A DNA stretch of 64,000 nt from Thermoproteota archaeon (GTDB taxonomy: Archaea; Thermoproteota; EX4484-205; JAAOZP01). Position 1 is the stretch's first letter; every line of letters begins with the position of its first letter. The stretch lies in NCBI GenBank assembly GCA_038861395.1, contig JAWCDE010000003.1:3536-67535 (forward strand), given 5' to 3'. Below, one piece after another: positions 39,795 through 49,759 of this stretch. The notes under the pieces were generated by a model that searched no databases, was not told where the DNA came from, and saw nothing but the letters and a program-made list of their open reading frames with translations. The translations under genes and the position numbers were made by a program.

Positions 39795-41081
39795 TTATGA
39801 AGCCTGTTCTCTTCCGCGAAGCTTCCGCCCTAATACTGTTCCCATAGCCAAGCCCGCCGCCAGAGAAACAGGAATCCCTATCATTGCTAACATCCTGTAT
39901 TGACTTGCTTCGCTCCCATATCTCTCAGCTTCATCCTTGTAACGCGATGCAGCTTCTTCAAGCCCTCTCAAATCCTCCAGGGCCTCATTAAACCTATTCA
40001 ATAGACTGCTCATGTTAGATTCCAATTGCGTAATATTGGCTCTCAATTGCCTATTCTCCTCCTCAAGCCGCCTTAGTTCGTTAATCATCTCCTCTAGTTG
40101 TTCATTAAGCTGCTCTTCCTCTTCGCCCACCAGCCTGAAAGCCAACGGCCTAGTGCTCTCAGCCCTAGCTAGTCTCGCAGTACCCGTGAAAACCGCTTTA
40201 AACAATAGCTCGCCACTAATGCTCATTCTTAAGTCGATCGTGAAACGACCCTCGCTGTCTGTAGTAGTGTTAGAAAGATGCAGCCAGGAAGAACCACTGT
40301 CCAAGCTGACGAATATCATTATCGTTGCTCTAATCTCAGGCGCAGGTCTAACACTACCACCCAACCTAACCTGCCTCGGCCCTGACGCCAGCGCGTAAAG
40401 GTCAACTGTAGGCCTCGTCTTAACGTAGAACTCAACCGTATTGCTTGTCGAAGACTTATACTCATTATTCCCAGCGAACTGAGCGTACGCCCTGTACAAC
40501 CCTAAAACATCAGTCGTGAACTCGTAGCGGAACCTCCCTTGAGAATCAGTATTAACCCTAGCTTGGAGAGTCGAGTCGTCAGGCTTTGTCACAACTATCG
40601 TGATTTCAACACTCATAGCCGGAGATATCGATCCCGTTAGGACCACCGGTTCGTTAACATACTCCTCTTTAGAAGCCTCTATCCTTAGACTCGTGGACCT
40701 CTTCTCCGGAGGCGGTGGAGAAGGCGTAGGCGTTGGCGGGGGCGCTGCCTTTAGATGCACATCTATCCTCATCGTTCCCTCTCCAGTTTTAGAAGCACTT
40801 CCGGAGTAACTGCCTTTAGACGCCTTCACGGTTATAGTTACAGGGATTGATGAAACGGTTAGAGTCACTGGACCATACTTACCGTCGTTCCCCGTGGAAG
40901 TGGAGGCAGAGGCTCCTCCACCAGAGATCGAAACGGAAGCACCTGCTGCAGGACTACCGTCAGGCATGTAGACATACCCCCATACAGCCACTGGAACCTG
41001 TGCTTTAACAATATTCGTGAGCGCAGGTGCAAGCATCCATAGGAGAATAACGCAAGCCAAAAGAATGGAGAGCTTCCTCAT
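39795..41081 (-). CDS. cell-surface protein: signal peptide, carboxypeptidase-regulatory-like beta-sandwich domains, Pro/Thr linker, C-terminal coiled coil and TM anchor
   Basis: VWGYVYMPDGSPAAGASVSISG (CarboxypepD_reg-like), APPPTPTPSPPPPEK, and a heptad-rich EEEEQLNEQLEEMINELRRLEEENRQLRANITQLESN followed by AMIGIPVSLAAGLAMGTVLG. The start overlaps the stop of the upstream C25 gene. Confidence 0.65.
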   Translation of the reverse strand: MRKLSILLACVILLWMLAPALTNIVKAQVPVAVWGYVYMPDGSPAAGASVSISGGGASASTSTGNDGKYGPVTLTVSSIPVTITVKASKGSYSGSASKTGEGTMRIDVHLKAAPPPTPTPSPPPPEKRSTSLRIEASKEEYVNEPVVLTGSISPAMSVEITIVVTKPDDSTLQARVNTDSQGRFRYEFTTDVLGLYRAYAQFAGNNEYKSSTSNTVEFYVKTRPTVDLYALASGPRQVRLGGSVRPAPEIRATIMIFVSLDSGSSWLHLSNTTTDSEGRFTIDLRMSISGELLFKAVFTGTARLARAESTRPLAFRLVGEEEEQLNEQLEEMINELRRLEEENRQLRANITQLESNMSSLLNRFNEALEDLRGLEEAASRYKDEAERYGSEASQYRMLAMIGIPVSLAAGLAMGTVLGRKLRGREQAS

Positions 41082-41084
41082 GTG

Positions 41085-44000
41085 TCACCACCCGGGAAAC
41101 TCCACGAGCCTGCGTGGGGAAGTCAGGTATACGAAGTATCCGAAACCCATCTCCATTGGAAAGTCGTCTGAAGGCGGGCTGACACCCGGAACATATCCCT
41201 TAAACTTTTGAGCAGTAGTATCCCAGCTAGCGATAAGAGTAGCCTCAGGCCCTATTGCCCTCGCAAGGCTACTGGCGGAGTATCCTGGCTCAGGATAGTA
41301 GATAAGAGAAATGAGGTTATACCTCCTCGAGAGCTCCCTGATCTCGAAGGGCCGCCCAAGCCACCATGATTCGAAGCCGCCTTCAGCAAAAGCCCTAACA
41401 TCGAGAAAATGCCAACCTAGCGAATGAGAGTATCCGTCTATTTCAATATGAACCGTCTCAACATCCTCGTCGTAAGCCCCATCAATGGGTGCAGGAATAT
41501 CAACCCAGTCTGAACCATCGATACGATACTGGACCATGACTATGTTTAGGCCTGCGTCGTTAGACACGGTGATGTTAACGCTTATAATGCCTTGGACAAT
41601 ATCCCTGTCCTCCACAAAGAGGCTGAAACCTGGTGCTGCCACAACCCTGAAAGTCGCATTCCTGTAAATGGGGACGTAGCCAGGTATGTCGGCCTCCGCC
41701 TCAATCTGGTAGTAGCCAACGGGATACGTGTCAAGTATATCGTAGAGCAAAGTGTAGTTACCATCACCAGCCACATCGTCCCCATGGGTCCCATCATCAT
41801 ACATCGTTAAGCCTGAGACCACTGTGCCATCAGGATAGTAGATGCTCGCCGTCACAGTAATCCCGGGGAGAGGATTGGTACCGTCGAAAAGGCTTGCAAC
41901 AGCCTTAACCGTATAGCCTGGGAGGTAGACTCCCCTGTCGGTGCTCACCTTGAGAACATAGGACGTAGTCAACCATTCGACAGCATTCTCAACCAGAGTG
42001 TTTCTATCGTTCTCGTAAAGATAGTGGAGCGGAAAAGCCACGTACACCACCCTGCCCCCGAAGCCCCAGTAGAGACCGTCGTAAACCACTACCGCAGAAT
42101 ATGGAGTACCCTGGTAGCGGGCGACCTCTTCACCGTTGTTCACAGGCTCAACACCGTCGGGGTAAGGAGGCATTGTTTCAAAGGAGAAAGTTGGAAGACT
42201 GTACACCACGGGGTGCTTGGCTATCGCCACTATCGTATTTTCATCAGCATCATCTACAAGCTGGTAAGCGTGGGCGACCCTCCGCATAAACTCATCTCTA
42301 TCATGATCCCACCCTATGTCCTCACCCTCCAACAGTAGTCTTCCACCGCTTTCGACGAATTGTATGAGGGTTTGCGCATCAACAGGGTCTACAGCCCACC
42401 TAAGGTATGTGCCTGTGTGCCATATAACCGCTTCTACATTCTCGTGTTGAAGAATCTCGAGAGGAGGACGACCATTCTCACTCTCTCTCCAAACAAACAC
42501 GTTGAAACCCATTGAGGTTAGAACGCTCTCAATCTCGCTAGGCCAAACTCCTTCATCCAAATAATAAGAACCATCGTCATCAACTACTAGGAGAATCGTG
42601 TTGGGCGAAAATTCCTGTAGAACCACGTTTTTCTCCATAACGACATGAGGATAGTAGAAAGCTACTCCGCCATAGAAGTCATCCTTAGAAGCTTCGATCA
42701 TGTAGGTTCCGTAAGGCAGGCCAACGAACTCATAGCACCCGTCGGTCTCAACCCCCTCATAGAGAAGCACCCCAGACGTGTAGTTGTAGAGTCTGATCAA
42801 AACGTCGGTAACAGCATGCCCATTTTCGTCTAAAGCGTAGCCGTAAAGCCTTGGAGTAGGCGGGGGAGGCGGAGGGCTTCCGGTACCTGTCAACGGTAGC
42901 ATCGGGTCTCCCAGGAGCGTACCATACTCAACCACGGTGTACCAGTCTAAGACCCATGACCTGCCGAATACACTCAAATAAACAATGATGGTATACGCAT
43001 GCATAAGACCTGGAGTGGGGACATAACCCTCGTCCTCCAGAGCCTTAAATAATGCTAGGAAGACCCAGTCTATCGCGCCGGCGAGACCCTCGGTTACATA
43101 GTACCCTCTATAACCATAGGCTACTTCAGCAGCCCCCAAGTAAGCTATTGCACCACCATCAGGGTGTATCATGAAGGCCTCGCTTATCGCAACATCCGTG
43201 TCTGCGAAGTCGTTGGTTAAACACGCCATCGTAGCCACAATAGGCGTGTTAAAGCCGTTTGTAAGCTGGTAGACGTCTGAATTAAGGAACCAACCTCCCT
43301 CCCCGAAATCCCATAGTCTTGTGTTACCGTGGCCTGCGAAGTTGACTATTCCGTAGCCATTATTAATCTCGTCTTTAACGTTAGTGGGGTTAAGGTTGCC
43401 AAGACCCTCGTACAGCTTCGTCCAAGAGAAGCTCGTTGGGAGCCAGTTTGCTTCCCAGTAGTCCTTCAGTATCTCGCCCTCTGGCCTTAGTCTATTTCCC
43501 AAAGTGACTGTACCCAGCAGGAGGATCCTTCTAAACCATGAGTTATCAGGATTATAGTTCATAAGCTTGTTAACTATCGCATTCGCCTCGCTTAATGTGC
43601 TTGCCGGCAGCCTACCGACTAGAATATCAGGATACCCGTCAACAACATCTTGCATCTCGCCGTAGACATGGTCGTTATCAGTGTCCCATGTGCCGTCTAA
43701 GTCAGCGTAGTAGAGGTCGCTCTCAATCCAAGGATTCTCCGCTAGGTCTTCAAACTCTGATGAATATACTCTCCTCGCAGGAACTTGGTCATCGTCGCCC
43801 AATATTATAACATACCAGGCACCGTAATTGTCTGCAGCGTCTTTCAGGAAGTTCCTTATTTTCTCAGGAGTATCGTAGCCATCGTAGTTTAAACTGATCC
43901 AGTCAACGGTACGTACCCACACGGTATACCCTTGCGAAGACTTCCAGCTTGCTAGAGTTTGAGCAGCTGTTTGGAGGGTTGTGGAGGTTATTATCACCAG

Positions 44001-44654
44001 AAAATCCTGTTGCAACGGTTCAACCTGATTGCTGAGATCCCTGTAATCCACCTTAATCTCCACCTTGGACGCGTAGGTCAAAGACCCTTTCTTCGGAACG
44101 TACTGGACTGGGAAGACCCTTACTATCACGTAGGTTACTCTTTCCCGAGTGGGAGGGTCTATGCCTTTCTTAACCTCGTATTCAAACATTTTCTCCGGAT
44201 ACGGTTTGTCAGACTCGTAGATGCTCGGATCCTCTTCGAACATTTCTACCTTAGGGCGTTCAGGCTTGGATGAGTCTAGTTTCACAGGCTTAGGGCCTGG
44301 GAGTAGCTTGTACTGTCCTTTGAGAGGCCTTGTTTCAATTTCGACTTTAACATTCCTCACCTCGCAGTTGTAGGGTAGTTTGAAAGTGTATACTTTGACT
44401 GGCACTATTGGTGCACCCGGTACTAGGTATAGTCTGGTGTCTGGCATTGAAACGGTGTAGTAATCCTTCACCATGCTTTTGCTTACTTTAGGCTGGTCGA
44501 ATTTTAAGACCGTGCCTTTGGTTAAGACTTCTTCGTCAGCGGGTTTGATGGAAATATACTCCCAAGGCGGGAGCGTATTCGATAATACGAGAACTACCAT
44601 AAGGGAGATGGTGAGCTGTTGCAAAATGTTTTCCAGAAGGGTCTTTTTTCCCAT
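41085..44654 (-). CDS. large secreted cysteine peptidase, family C25 (gingipain-like), with propeptide and multiple Ig/CarboxypepD_reg-like domains
   Basis: DFLVIITSTTLQTAAQTLASWKSSQGYTVWV...YVIILGDDDQVPARRVY...ILVGRLP...GIVNFAGHGNTRLW...IVATMACLTNDFA shows the C25 catalytic His (GHG) and Cys (ACL) in the expected order. RLYGYALDENGHAVTDVLIRLYNYTSG is CarboxypepD_reg-like. N-terminal signal anchor. Confidence 0.75.
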   Translation of the reverse strand: MGKKTLLENILQQLTISLMVVLVLSNTLPPWEYISIKPADEEVLTKGTVLKFDQPKVSKSMVKDYYTVSMPDTRLYLVPGAPIVPVKVYTFKLPYNCEVRNVKVEIETRPLKGQYKLLPGPKPVKLDSSKPERPKVEMFEEDPSIYESDKPYPEKMFEYEVKKGIDPPTRERVTYVIVRVFPVQYVPKKGSLTYASKVEIKVDYRDLSNQVEPLQQDFLVIITSTTLQTAAQTLASWKSSQGYTVWVRTVDWISLNYDGYDTPEKIRNFLKDAADNYGAWYVIILGDDDQVPARRVYSSEFEDLAENPWIESDLYYADLDGTWDTDNDHVYGEMQDVVDGYPDILVGRLPASTLSEANAIVNKLMNYNPDNSWFRRILLLGTVTLGNRLRPEGEILKDYWEANWLPTSFSWTKLYEGLGNLNPTNVKDEINNGYGIVNFAGHGNTRLWDFGEGGWFLNSDVYQLTNGFNTPIVATMACLTNDFADTDVAISEAFMIHPDGGAIAYLGAAEVAYGYRGYYVTEGLAGAIDWVFLALFKALEDEGYVPTPGLMHAYTIIVYLSVFGRSWVLDWYTVVEYGTLLGDPMLPLTGTGSPPPPPPTPRLYGYALDENGHAVTDVLIRLYNYTSGVLLYEGVETDGCYEFVGLPYGTYMIEASKDDFYGGVAFYYPHVVMEKNVVLQEFSPNTILLVVDDDGSYYLDEGVWPSEIESVLTSMGFNVFVWRESENGRPPLEILQHENVEAVIWHTGTYLRWAVDPVDAQTLIQFVESGGRLLLEGEDIGWDHDRDEFMRRVAHAYQLVDDADENTIVAIAKHPVVYSLPTFSFETMPPYPDGVEPVNNGEEVARYQGTPYSAVVVYDGLYWGFGGRVVYVAFPLHYLYENDRNTLVENAVEWLTTSYVLKVSTDRGVYLPGYTVKAVASLFDGTNPLPGITVTASIYYPDGTVVSGLTMYDDGTHGDDVAGDGNYTLLYDILDTYPVGYYQIEAEADIPGYVPIYRNATFRVVAAPGFSLFVEDRDIVQGIISVNITVSNDAGLNIVMVQYRIDGSDWVDIPAPIDGAYDEDVETVHIEIDGYSHSLGWHFLDVRAFAEGGFESWWLGRPFEIRELSRRYNLISLIYYPEPGYSASSLARAIGPEATLIASWDTTAQKFKGYVPGVSPPSDDFPMEMGFGYFVYLTSPRRLVEFPGW

Positions 44655-44917
44655 TTTTACTCGAGAATGGAGCGTTTTACCAGAATATATAGTTTATTTT
44701 TCTTTAAAAAAAAAGGAAATTCGACATTCAACGAATTTTTACTTCTTTTAAATAGGAAAAATACGACGTTTGACTATATAAGTCGAAGAGACGAAGATTT
44801 AAAAAAACTTATTTAAATAAATATTTAACTTATAATTCTCGTTTTTACTTTTTGCCATTATAAAAAATTATATAAGATGGGGCTTATCCTCTTATTTTTA
44901 AAGCTTTTTTAATTGCT
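44655..44917. promoter_or_regulatory. AT-rich divergent intergenic region with TATA/BRE-like elements
   Basis: 263 bp at >75% AT, containing several TTTAAA/TATATAAG boxes between divergent gene starts at 44654 and 44918. Confidence 0.4.
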
Positions 44918-45427
44918 TTAATTCTCTTCTGGGATGGATTCGACTATTAGTCTTGACTTCCCTGCGGTTATCTTTTTACTTTGGAAGAATCCTAGCGGGG
45001 CTTCGATAGCGTACTTGAAGCTTTCATTCGGCGCGTAGAGCCTGTTTGGATCCGGGTCCATCCTCATTATCTCTATTATTCTCCCATCAGCCTTGATGAA
45101 CGCTATGTCTAGGCTTGCCTCAACATTACGCATGTGGAAAAACACGTATCCTTCCTCTGGAAATATGAAGAGAATAAGAGTTTTCTCTACTACGCTTCTA
45201 CTTATGTTTTGGAAGCCTGCTGCACGCTCATCAGGCTCGTCTGCAATCCTTACCTCAAGCTCCAGAATCTTATCCTCATCGTTAACAATTTTTATTTTAG
45301 CCGTCTCCATCTTTCGGAACTCCCTGGTAACCCGCTGGTTAAGTGTTGAGGATATTTGGACTAGAACCAGCACTATGGCGGAGATTAGAAATAAGATTAG
45401 TATAGCCATCTGGCGTTTAACGTTCAT
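44918..45427 (-). CDS. DUF192 (COG1430) domain protein with N-terminal signal anchor
   Basis: KIVNDEDKILELEVRIADEPDERAAGFQN...LILFIFPEEGYVFFHMRNVEASLDIAFIKADGRIIEI matches the DUF192 pattern. Confidence 0.6.
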   Translation of the reverse strand: MNVKRQMAILILFLISAIVLVLVQISSTLNQRVTREFRKMETAKIKIVNDEDKILELEVRIADEPDERAAGFQNISRSVVEKTLILFIFPEEGYVFFHMRNVEASLDIAFIKADGRIIEIMRMDPDPNRLYAPNESFKYAIEAPLGFFQSKKITAGKSRLIVESIPEEN

Positions 45428-45614
45428 AGTAGAAGACGAAAAAACTTTGAATAAAAAGATTTTAGGATTAAAACTAACATCCGAAAAAGGTTTATACTGA
45501 TGTTGAGCAGGAACTTATTGTCTCTCCTAGTCTTGATGCGAATAATTGTTAAAAAGATTGTTAGCCTGCTCCTGAAAGCAGAAGTTTTATATTTTTAAAA
45601 CAAGAAGAAGCAGC

Positions 45615-46616
45615 ATGGAAAAGACGGTTTCAATCATGCTCATATTCTGCGTGATCGTAAACCTGACTCCTATTCTAAAATCAGTTTCATCACCCGGTGA
45701 AACAATACACCTATATTATGATTTTGAAAAACGCGAAGGCCCAACCTACGGATGGGTAGATGTTGACAGCGACGGCGACTACGATTATCGCATAGATATT
45801 TGTAATTGGAACATTAATAGTGCTGAAGGTGGCAGAATCGACATGATGCATAATAAAAGCACGAATACGCTTACGATAGAAACTAATCTCTGGGGGGCTC
45901 AGCCTCAGACTTATGTCAACGGTTATCCAGAAATATACGTTGGGAGAAAACCATGGGATAGACAGTATGCTAATGGTCTTGGGCTTAACTTCCCGTATAA
46001 AGTGTCTGACTTAACGTCTGGCACCGTATCCTTAACAGTGTCTTTTTCAATCGATCTTAAAGATCTCGATCCGAATATGAATTTCAACATAGCTGCAGAC
46101 GCGTGGTTGGTGGATGAAAGACGCGCATTCAACCCTGGCTCAGGGTTGTCGACACCCTATGTTGAAATCATGGTCTGGGTTTTTAGTCACAACCTAGGGC
46201 CCGCAGGGAGCAGGGTGGGCAGAGAGAATATGTGCGAAAGGGCTTGGGAGGTCTGGAGAAGCATTGGAAGAGACAACTCTACATACATCGCTATCATACC
46301 TGACGGTTGGAGCCTTTCAAAGGGTTCTATAAGCTATGATATAGCTGAAGTCATTAAAGTGGTTGAGAAATACGCTCCTTTTAACATATCCAACTACTAT
46401 CTGGTCGGCTGGGAATTGGGGACAGAATGGGGGACAAAGAACTCTAACGGTGTTGCACAATTCCAATGCACCATATCAAACTACACAGTGGCTGCAACCC
46501 CGGCAACCACTTCCACACCATCTTTAGAAGAACCCACGCCATATATTGTACTAGTAGTCATGCCAGCTGTTGCAGCCTTAATAATACTAATCTTCTCGAA
46601 AAGGAAAAGATCATAG
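45615..46616 (+). CDS. glycoside hydrolase family 12 endo-beta-1,4-glucanase-like, C-terminally membrane-anchored
   Basis: YVEIMVWVF matches the GH12 nucleophile motif YE[IL]MIW, and LVGWELGTEWG the GH12 acid/base region. The C-terminus has a Thr/Pro linker then TPYIVLVVMPAVAALIILIFSKRKRS. Confidence 0.75.
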   Translation: MEKTVSIMLIFCVIVNLTPILKSVSSPGETIHLYYDFEKREGPTYGWVDVDSDGDYDYRIDICNWNINSAEGGRIDMMHNKSTNTLTIETNLWGAQPQTYVNGYPEIYVGRKPWDRQYANGLGLNFPYKVSDLTSGTVSLTVSFSIDLKDLDPNMNFNIAADAWLVDERRAFNPGSGLSTPYVEIMVWVFSHNLGPAGSRVGRENMCERAWEVWRSIGRDNSTYIAIIPDGWSLSKGSISYDIAEVIKVVEKYAPFNISNYYLVGWELGTEWGTKNSNGVAQFQCTISNYTVAATPATTSTPSLEEPTPYIVLVVMPAVAALIILIFSKRKRS

Positions 46617-46643
46617 CTGGAGGCTATTATTTTTAGTTAAATT

Positions 46644-47906
46644 CTAGCATAGAGGGTTAACGATTCTTCCCATGAACAAGATGCTCCCTGTCTCCTTTTC
46701 CTGAATTATGAAGAAGAAGGGGCGGTCTGCTCTAAATACCTTAGTTTCTGGTACTGCGGTTATCCCTATTATTACTGCAGTTGCGGCTGCCGCCTCTGTC
46801 CCCTTCTCGTCAACCTTAACGTATGCCTGATGAATAACTTCGCTGATAAACAGGTCTCTTCTGCCAGTCATCCCTGAGAAGTCTGCTGCTCCGCTGAACG
46901 CGGTAGGCATTCCAAGACTGCTTAAAGTTTTCTGCATAGAGTATTTGGTTTCAAGCTCGAATTTAGGCAGGCAGATCTCATCCAGCTTCTCCTCCCTCAT
47001 TTCAGCCTTATACTCGTCCAGCCTCTCCAGCGTTAGTGAGGATTCGAATGCTTCAAGATCCTTCGGCAATATTATTATCATCGACACGTTCTCCCCCTTG
47101 TAGGGCAACTCTATGATCTGCGCATCTCCCGTATCAGCGTAGTTGAATCTTATTGTTTCATTAGGATGCATGCGCATCATCTGAACCTTTACAGTCCTGT
47201 CAGGCTCTATCCAGAAATCCTCCTCGCTTGTGAGAGATTCGTCGAAAGCTATTTTCCAGTCTCCTTTGAAGTATATCGCGTTGGTTAAAACAAGCCTCGT
47301 GTACTCGTCTAGAGCCCCAGGAGGAATCAGATCTTTAATCTTGTGATTAGTCTGCTCCTCTATGAATGTGTTAATCGTTTGCCGCGCTTCCTCAGCCTTA
47401 TGGATAAAGTCTAAAAGTGCTGCCTTTCCACCGTAATACTCCTCAACAGTTTTCAAATAGTCTTCTAGAAATGGATAATCTTTCTGAACCCAAAGAGCAT
47501 TCCCAGTCCTCAACTCGTAATCCTTAGAGGCTTCATTAATACGGTTATATATTGCAGCGAAGTTCGGCCTCAGAATATGGCTCTCAGGGAAGCCGAATAC
47601 TGTTTTCATCTCATCCGCGGTTTCCCCCCTCGCACCCTCATAGGTCATTGCAAGAGCAGAGAAGAGGCTGTAGGGCGAATAGAAAACATTGCCAGTTTCA
47701 GTCTTAACAAGCTCAGAGTAAAGCTTGAAGGCGAATTGATTATTAGCCCTCGCAACCTCCTGAATACCCTGTGGCGTCCAACCTGTTTCATTTGCCTTCG
47801 GAGGTTGAGTAGGCGGATAGGGAAAGAGGAAGAACGCGGCTATAGCTGGCACAAGGGTAATCATGATAAGCGCTATTCCAATCATCCATAATCTCTTCTT
47901 ACTCAT
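46644..47906 (-). CDS. serpin (serine protease inhibitor) with N-terminal membrane anchor
   Basis: Hinge GTEAAAATAVIIGITA, RCL, then FRADRPFFFIIQEKETGSILFMGRIVNP (serpin C-terminal signature). I chose the start at MSKKRLWMIGIALIMITLVPAIAAFF rather than the longer ORF-track extension to 48026. Confidence 0.85.
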   Translation of the reverse strand: MSKKRLWMIGIALIMITLVPAIAAFFLFPYPPTQPPKANETGWTPQGIQEVARANNQFAFKLYSELVKTETGNVFYSPYSLFSALAMTYEGARGETADEMKTVFGFPESHILRPNFAAIYNRINEASKDYELRTGNALWVQKDYPFLEDYLKTVEEYYGGKAALLDFIHKAEEARQTINTFIEEQTNHKIKDLIPPGALDEYTRLVLTNAIYFKGDWKIAFDESLTSEEDFWIEPDRTVKVQMMRMHPNETIRFNYADTGDAQIIELPYKGENVSMIIILPKDLEAFESSLTLERLDEYKAEMREEKLDEICLPKFELETKYSMQKTLSSLGMPTAFSGAADFSGMTGRRDLFISEVIHQAYVKVDEKGTEAAAATAVIIGITAVPETKVFRADRPFFFIIQEKETGSILFMGRIVNPLC

Positions 47907-48249
47907 AGTGATTAAAAACCTACGGCAGATGCTAATTAAAGGTTGTGCTGTTCGACTTATTTTAAAGAAAATATTTTGATTAGAGAACGTGCTGTACAAT
48001 TTTTCGAACAGGAATGAAATAAGCAAAAAGACCCTAAGAATGAGATATTCTTTTACAAGCTTTATTCCTCCAAAACCTTCTTAAGCGATTCTACGTCTAA
48101 CCTTATCTTCTTAAGCCTATTAACAAACCTCTTTTTAGCTTCATCTAGGCTGATCAATTCATACTAATTCTCGAAAATCGCTAAAAGAACCTGTAGGCTA
48201 TCGGTAAATCAAGAAAGCTTCAAACTCCTAAATTTAGGTTTTTAGGATC

Positions 48250-48540
48250 TTAGGTCTCTTTTAAAACTTCTACTTCGAGGTTTTCATAAACGCTTTTTAT
48301 TTTTTCATAATCCTCATCTAAAGTTAGGAGTTTCTCCTTATTATTGGCACAAACAGAAGCGATCAATATGTCAGCATCGCTTACTACTTTTCCAGCTTCC
48401 TTCAACCTAGCCCAGATATAGGAGGCTATTTTAGCATCCTCCAAAGTAAACGGAATTACGTTTAGCTCTGATATCAATGAAAGTATTACGTTAAACTCTC
48501 TATCCCTGCGGCTAGTAATATTAATGTATACATCAACCAT
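48250..48540 (-). CDS. PIN-domain protein (VapC-like), short, no adjacent antitoxin gene
   Basis: DADILIASVCANNKEKLLTLDEDYEKI matches the PIN C-terminal acidic motif. It is only 96 aa, with 52 bp to the upstream gene. Confidence 0.5.
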   Translation of the reverse strand: MVDVYINITSRRDREFNVILSLISELNVIPFTLEDAKIASYIWARLKEAGKVVSDADILIASVCANNKEKLLTLDEDYEKIKSVYENLEVEVLKET

Positions 48541-48592
48541 GTATATAGGCTTTTCTGCACCGCTTCCCTGAAAAAGAAGTAAAAAAATAGAT

Positions 48593-49759
48593 TTAGAATT
48601 CTAGAGTAACTTTTCTCCCGTTTTCGGCAGACTGTAGTATGGCATCCATTATCATGTTGTTCCTGTAGCCGTCTTCGAATGTTGCCCCCAAGGGAGAAAC
48701 ATCCTCGTCTTGAACCACTGTCTTGAGAAAATGATAGATTTCATTTATGAAAGTATGCTCCCAGCCTATGATGTGGCCTGATGGCCAGTACTTGTCGATA
48801 TAAGGATGCGTCTTCTCGGTCACCAAGATGGTGTTCCAACCGCCTATCGAGCCCTTTTCCCAGTCTCTTAAGTATACTCTTAATTCGTTAAGCCTTTCTA
48901 AGTTGAATTCTATCGAGCCCTTTTCTCCGTTTATCTCGAAATTGTTATAGTTCTTCCTGCCGGTTGCGAACCTAGATGCTTCTAAGGTGCCTATTGCTCC
49001 GTTCTCAAGCTCTACGACGGCCTCGAAGGCATCATCGACCGTTACTTTACCCTTCCTACTAGGATCTTCGGGCAATGGCCTTTCCTCGATGAACGTCTTA
49101 ACTATACCGATTACTGATTTGAATTCCCCTACGATGAACCTCCCGAGGTCTATTATGTGGCTTCCAAGGTCTCCTAGGGGTCCGCTTCCAGCCTCCTCCT
49201 TTCTAAGCCTCCAGACTAGCGGGGCATTAGGGTCAACAAGCCAGTCCTGAAGGTATCTTGCTCTGAAATGGTATATTCTTCCAAGCATGCCTGACTGAAC
49301 TATGTTTCTAGCAAGCTGGACAGCTGGCACAAACCTGTAGTTGAAGGCAACCATCGTCTTGACTTTAGCTTTTCTAGCAGCGTCTCTAAGGATTCTAGCT
49401 TCCTCACTGTTTCTAGCAAGAGGTTTCTCGCATAAAACATGCTTGCCTTTTTCGATTGCTTCTAATGTTGGTTCCAAATGCATGCTGTTAGGTAGACAGT
49501 TGTCAACAATTTCAACCCCGGGGTCGTTAACCGCTTCCTTCCAATCAGTAACGTATTTCTTGAAACCGTAGTTCGCAGCGGCCTCTCTGACCTTCTCCTC
49601 AGTCCTGCCATAGACGACAACCAGTTCAGGTATTGCTGGAGGAGGATGGAAGAAGTGCGGCATGCTTTTAAAGGCGTGTGAATGAGCCTTACACATGAAG
49701 GCATAGCCAAGTATCGCGACGCCGACTCTACGCGGGCTGCTCATTTTTCTCACCACCAA
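48593..49759 (-). CDS. Gfo/Idh/MocA-family NAD(P)-dependent oxidoreductase
   Basis: Rossmann N-terminus RVGVAILGYAFMCKAHSHA and the LCEKP motif. Confidence 0.85.
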   Translation of the reverse strand: MVVRKMSSPRRVGVAILGYAFMCKAHSHAFKSMPHFFHPPPAIPELVVVYGRTEEKVREAAANYGFKKYVTDWKEAVNDPGVEIVDNCLPNSMHLEPTLEAIEKGKHVLCEKPLARNSEEARILRDAARKAKVKTMVAFNYRFVPAVQLARNIVQSGMLGRIYHFRARYLQDWLVDPNAPLVWRLRKEEAGSGPLGDLGSHIIDLGRFIVGEFKSVIGIVKTFIEERPLPEDPSRKGKVTVDDAFEAVVELENGAIGTLEASRFATGRKNYNNFEINGEKGSIEFNLERLNELRVYLRDWEKGSIGGWNTILVTEKTHPYIDKYWPSGHIIGWEHTFINEIYHFLKTVVQDEDVSPLGATFEDGYRNNMIMDAILQSAENGRKVTLEF

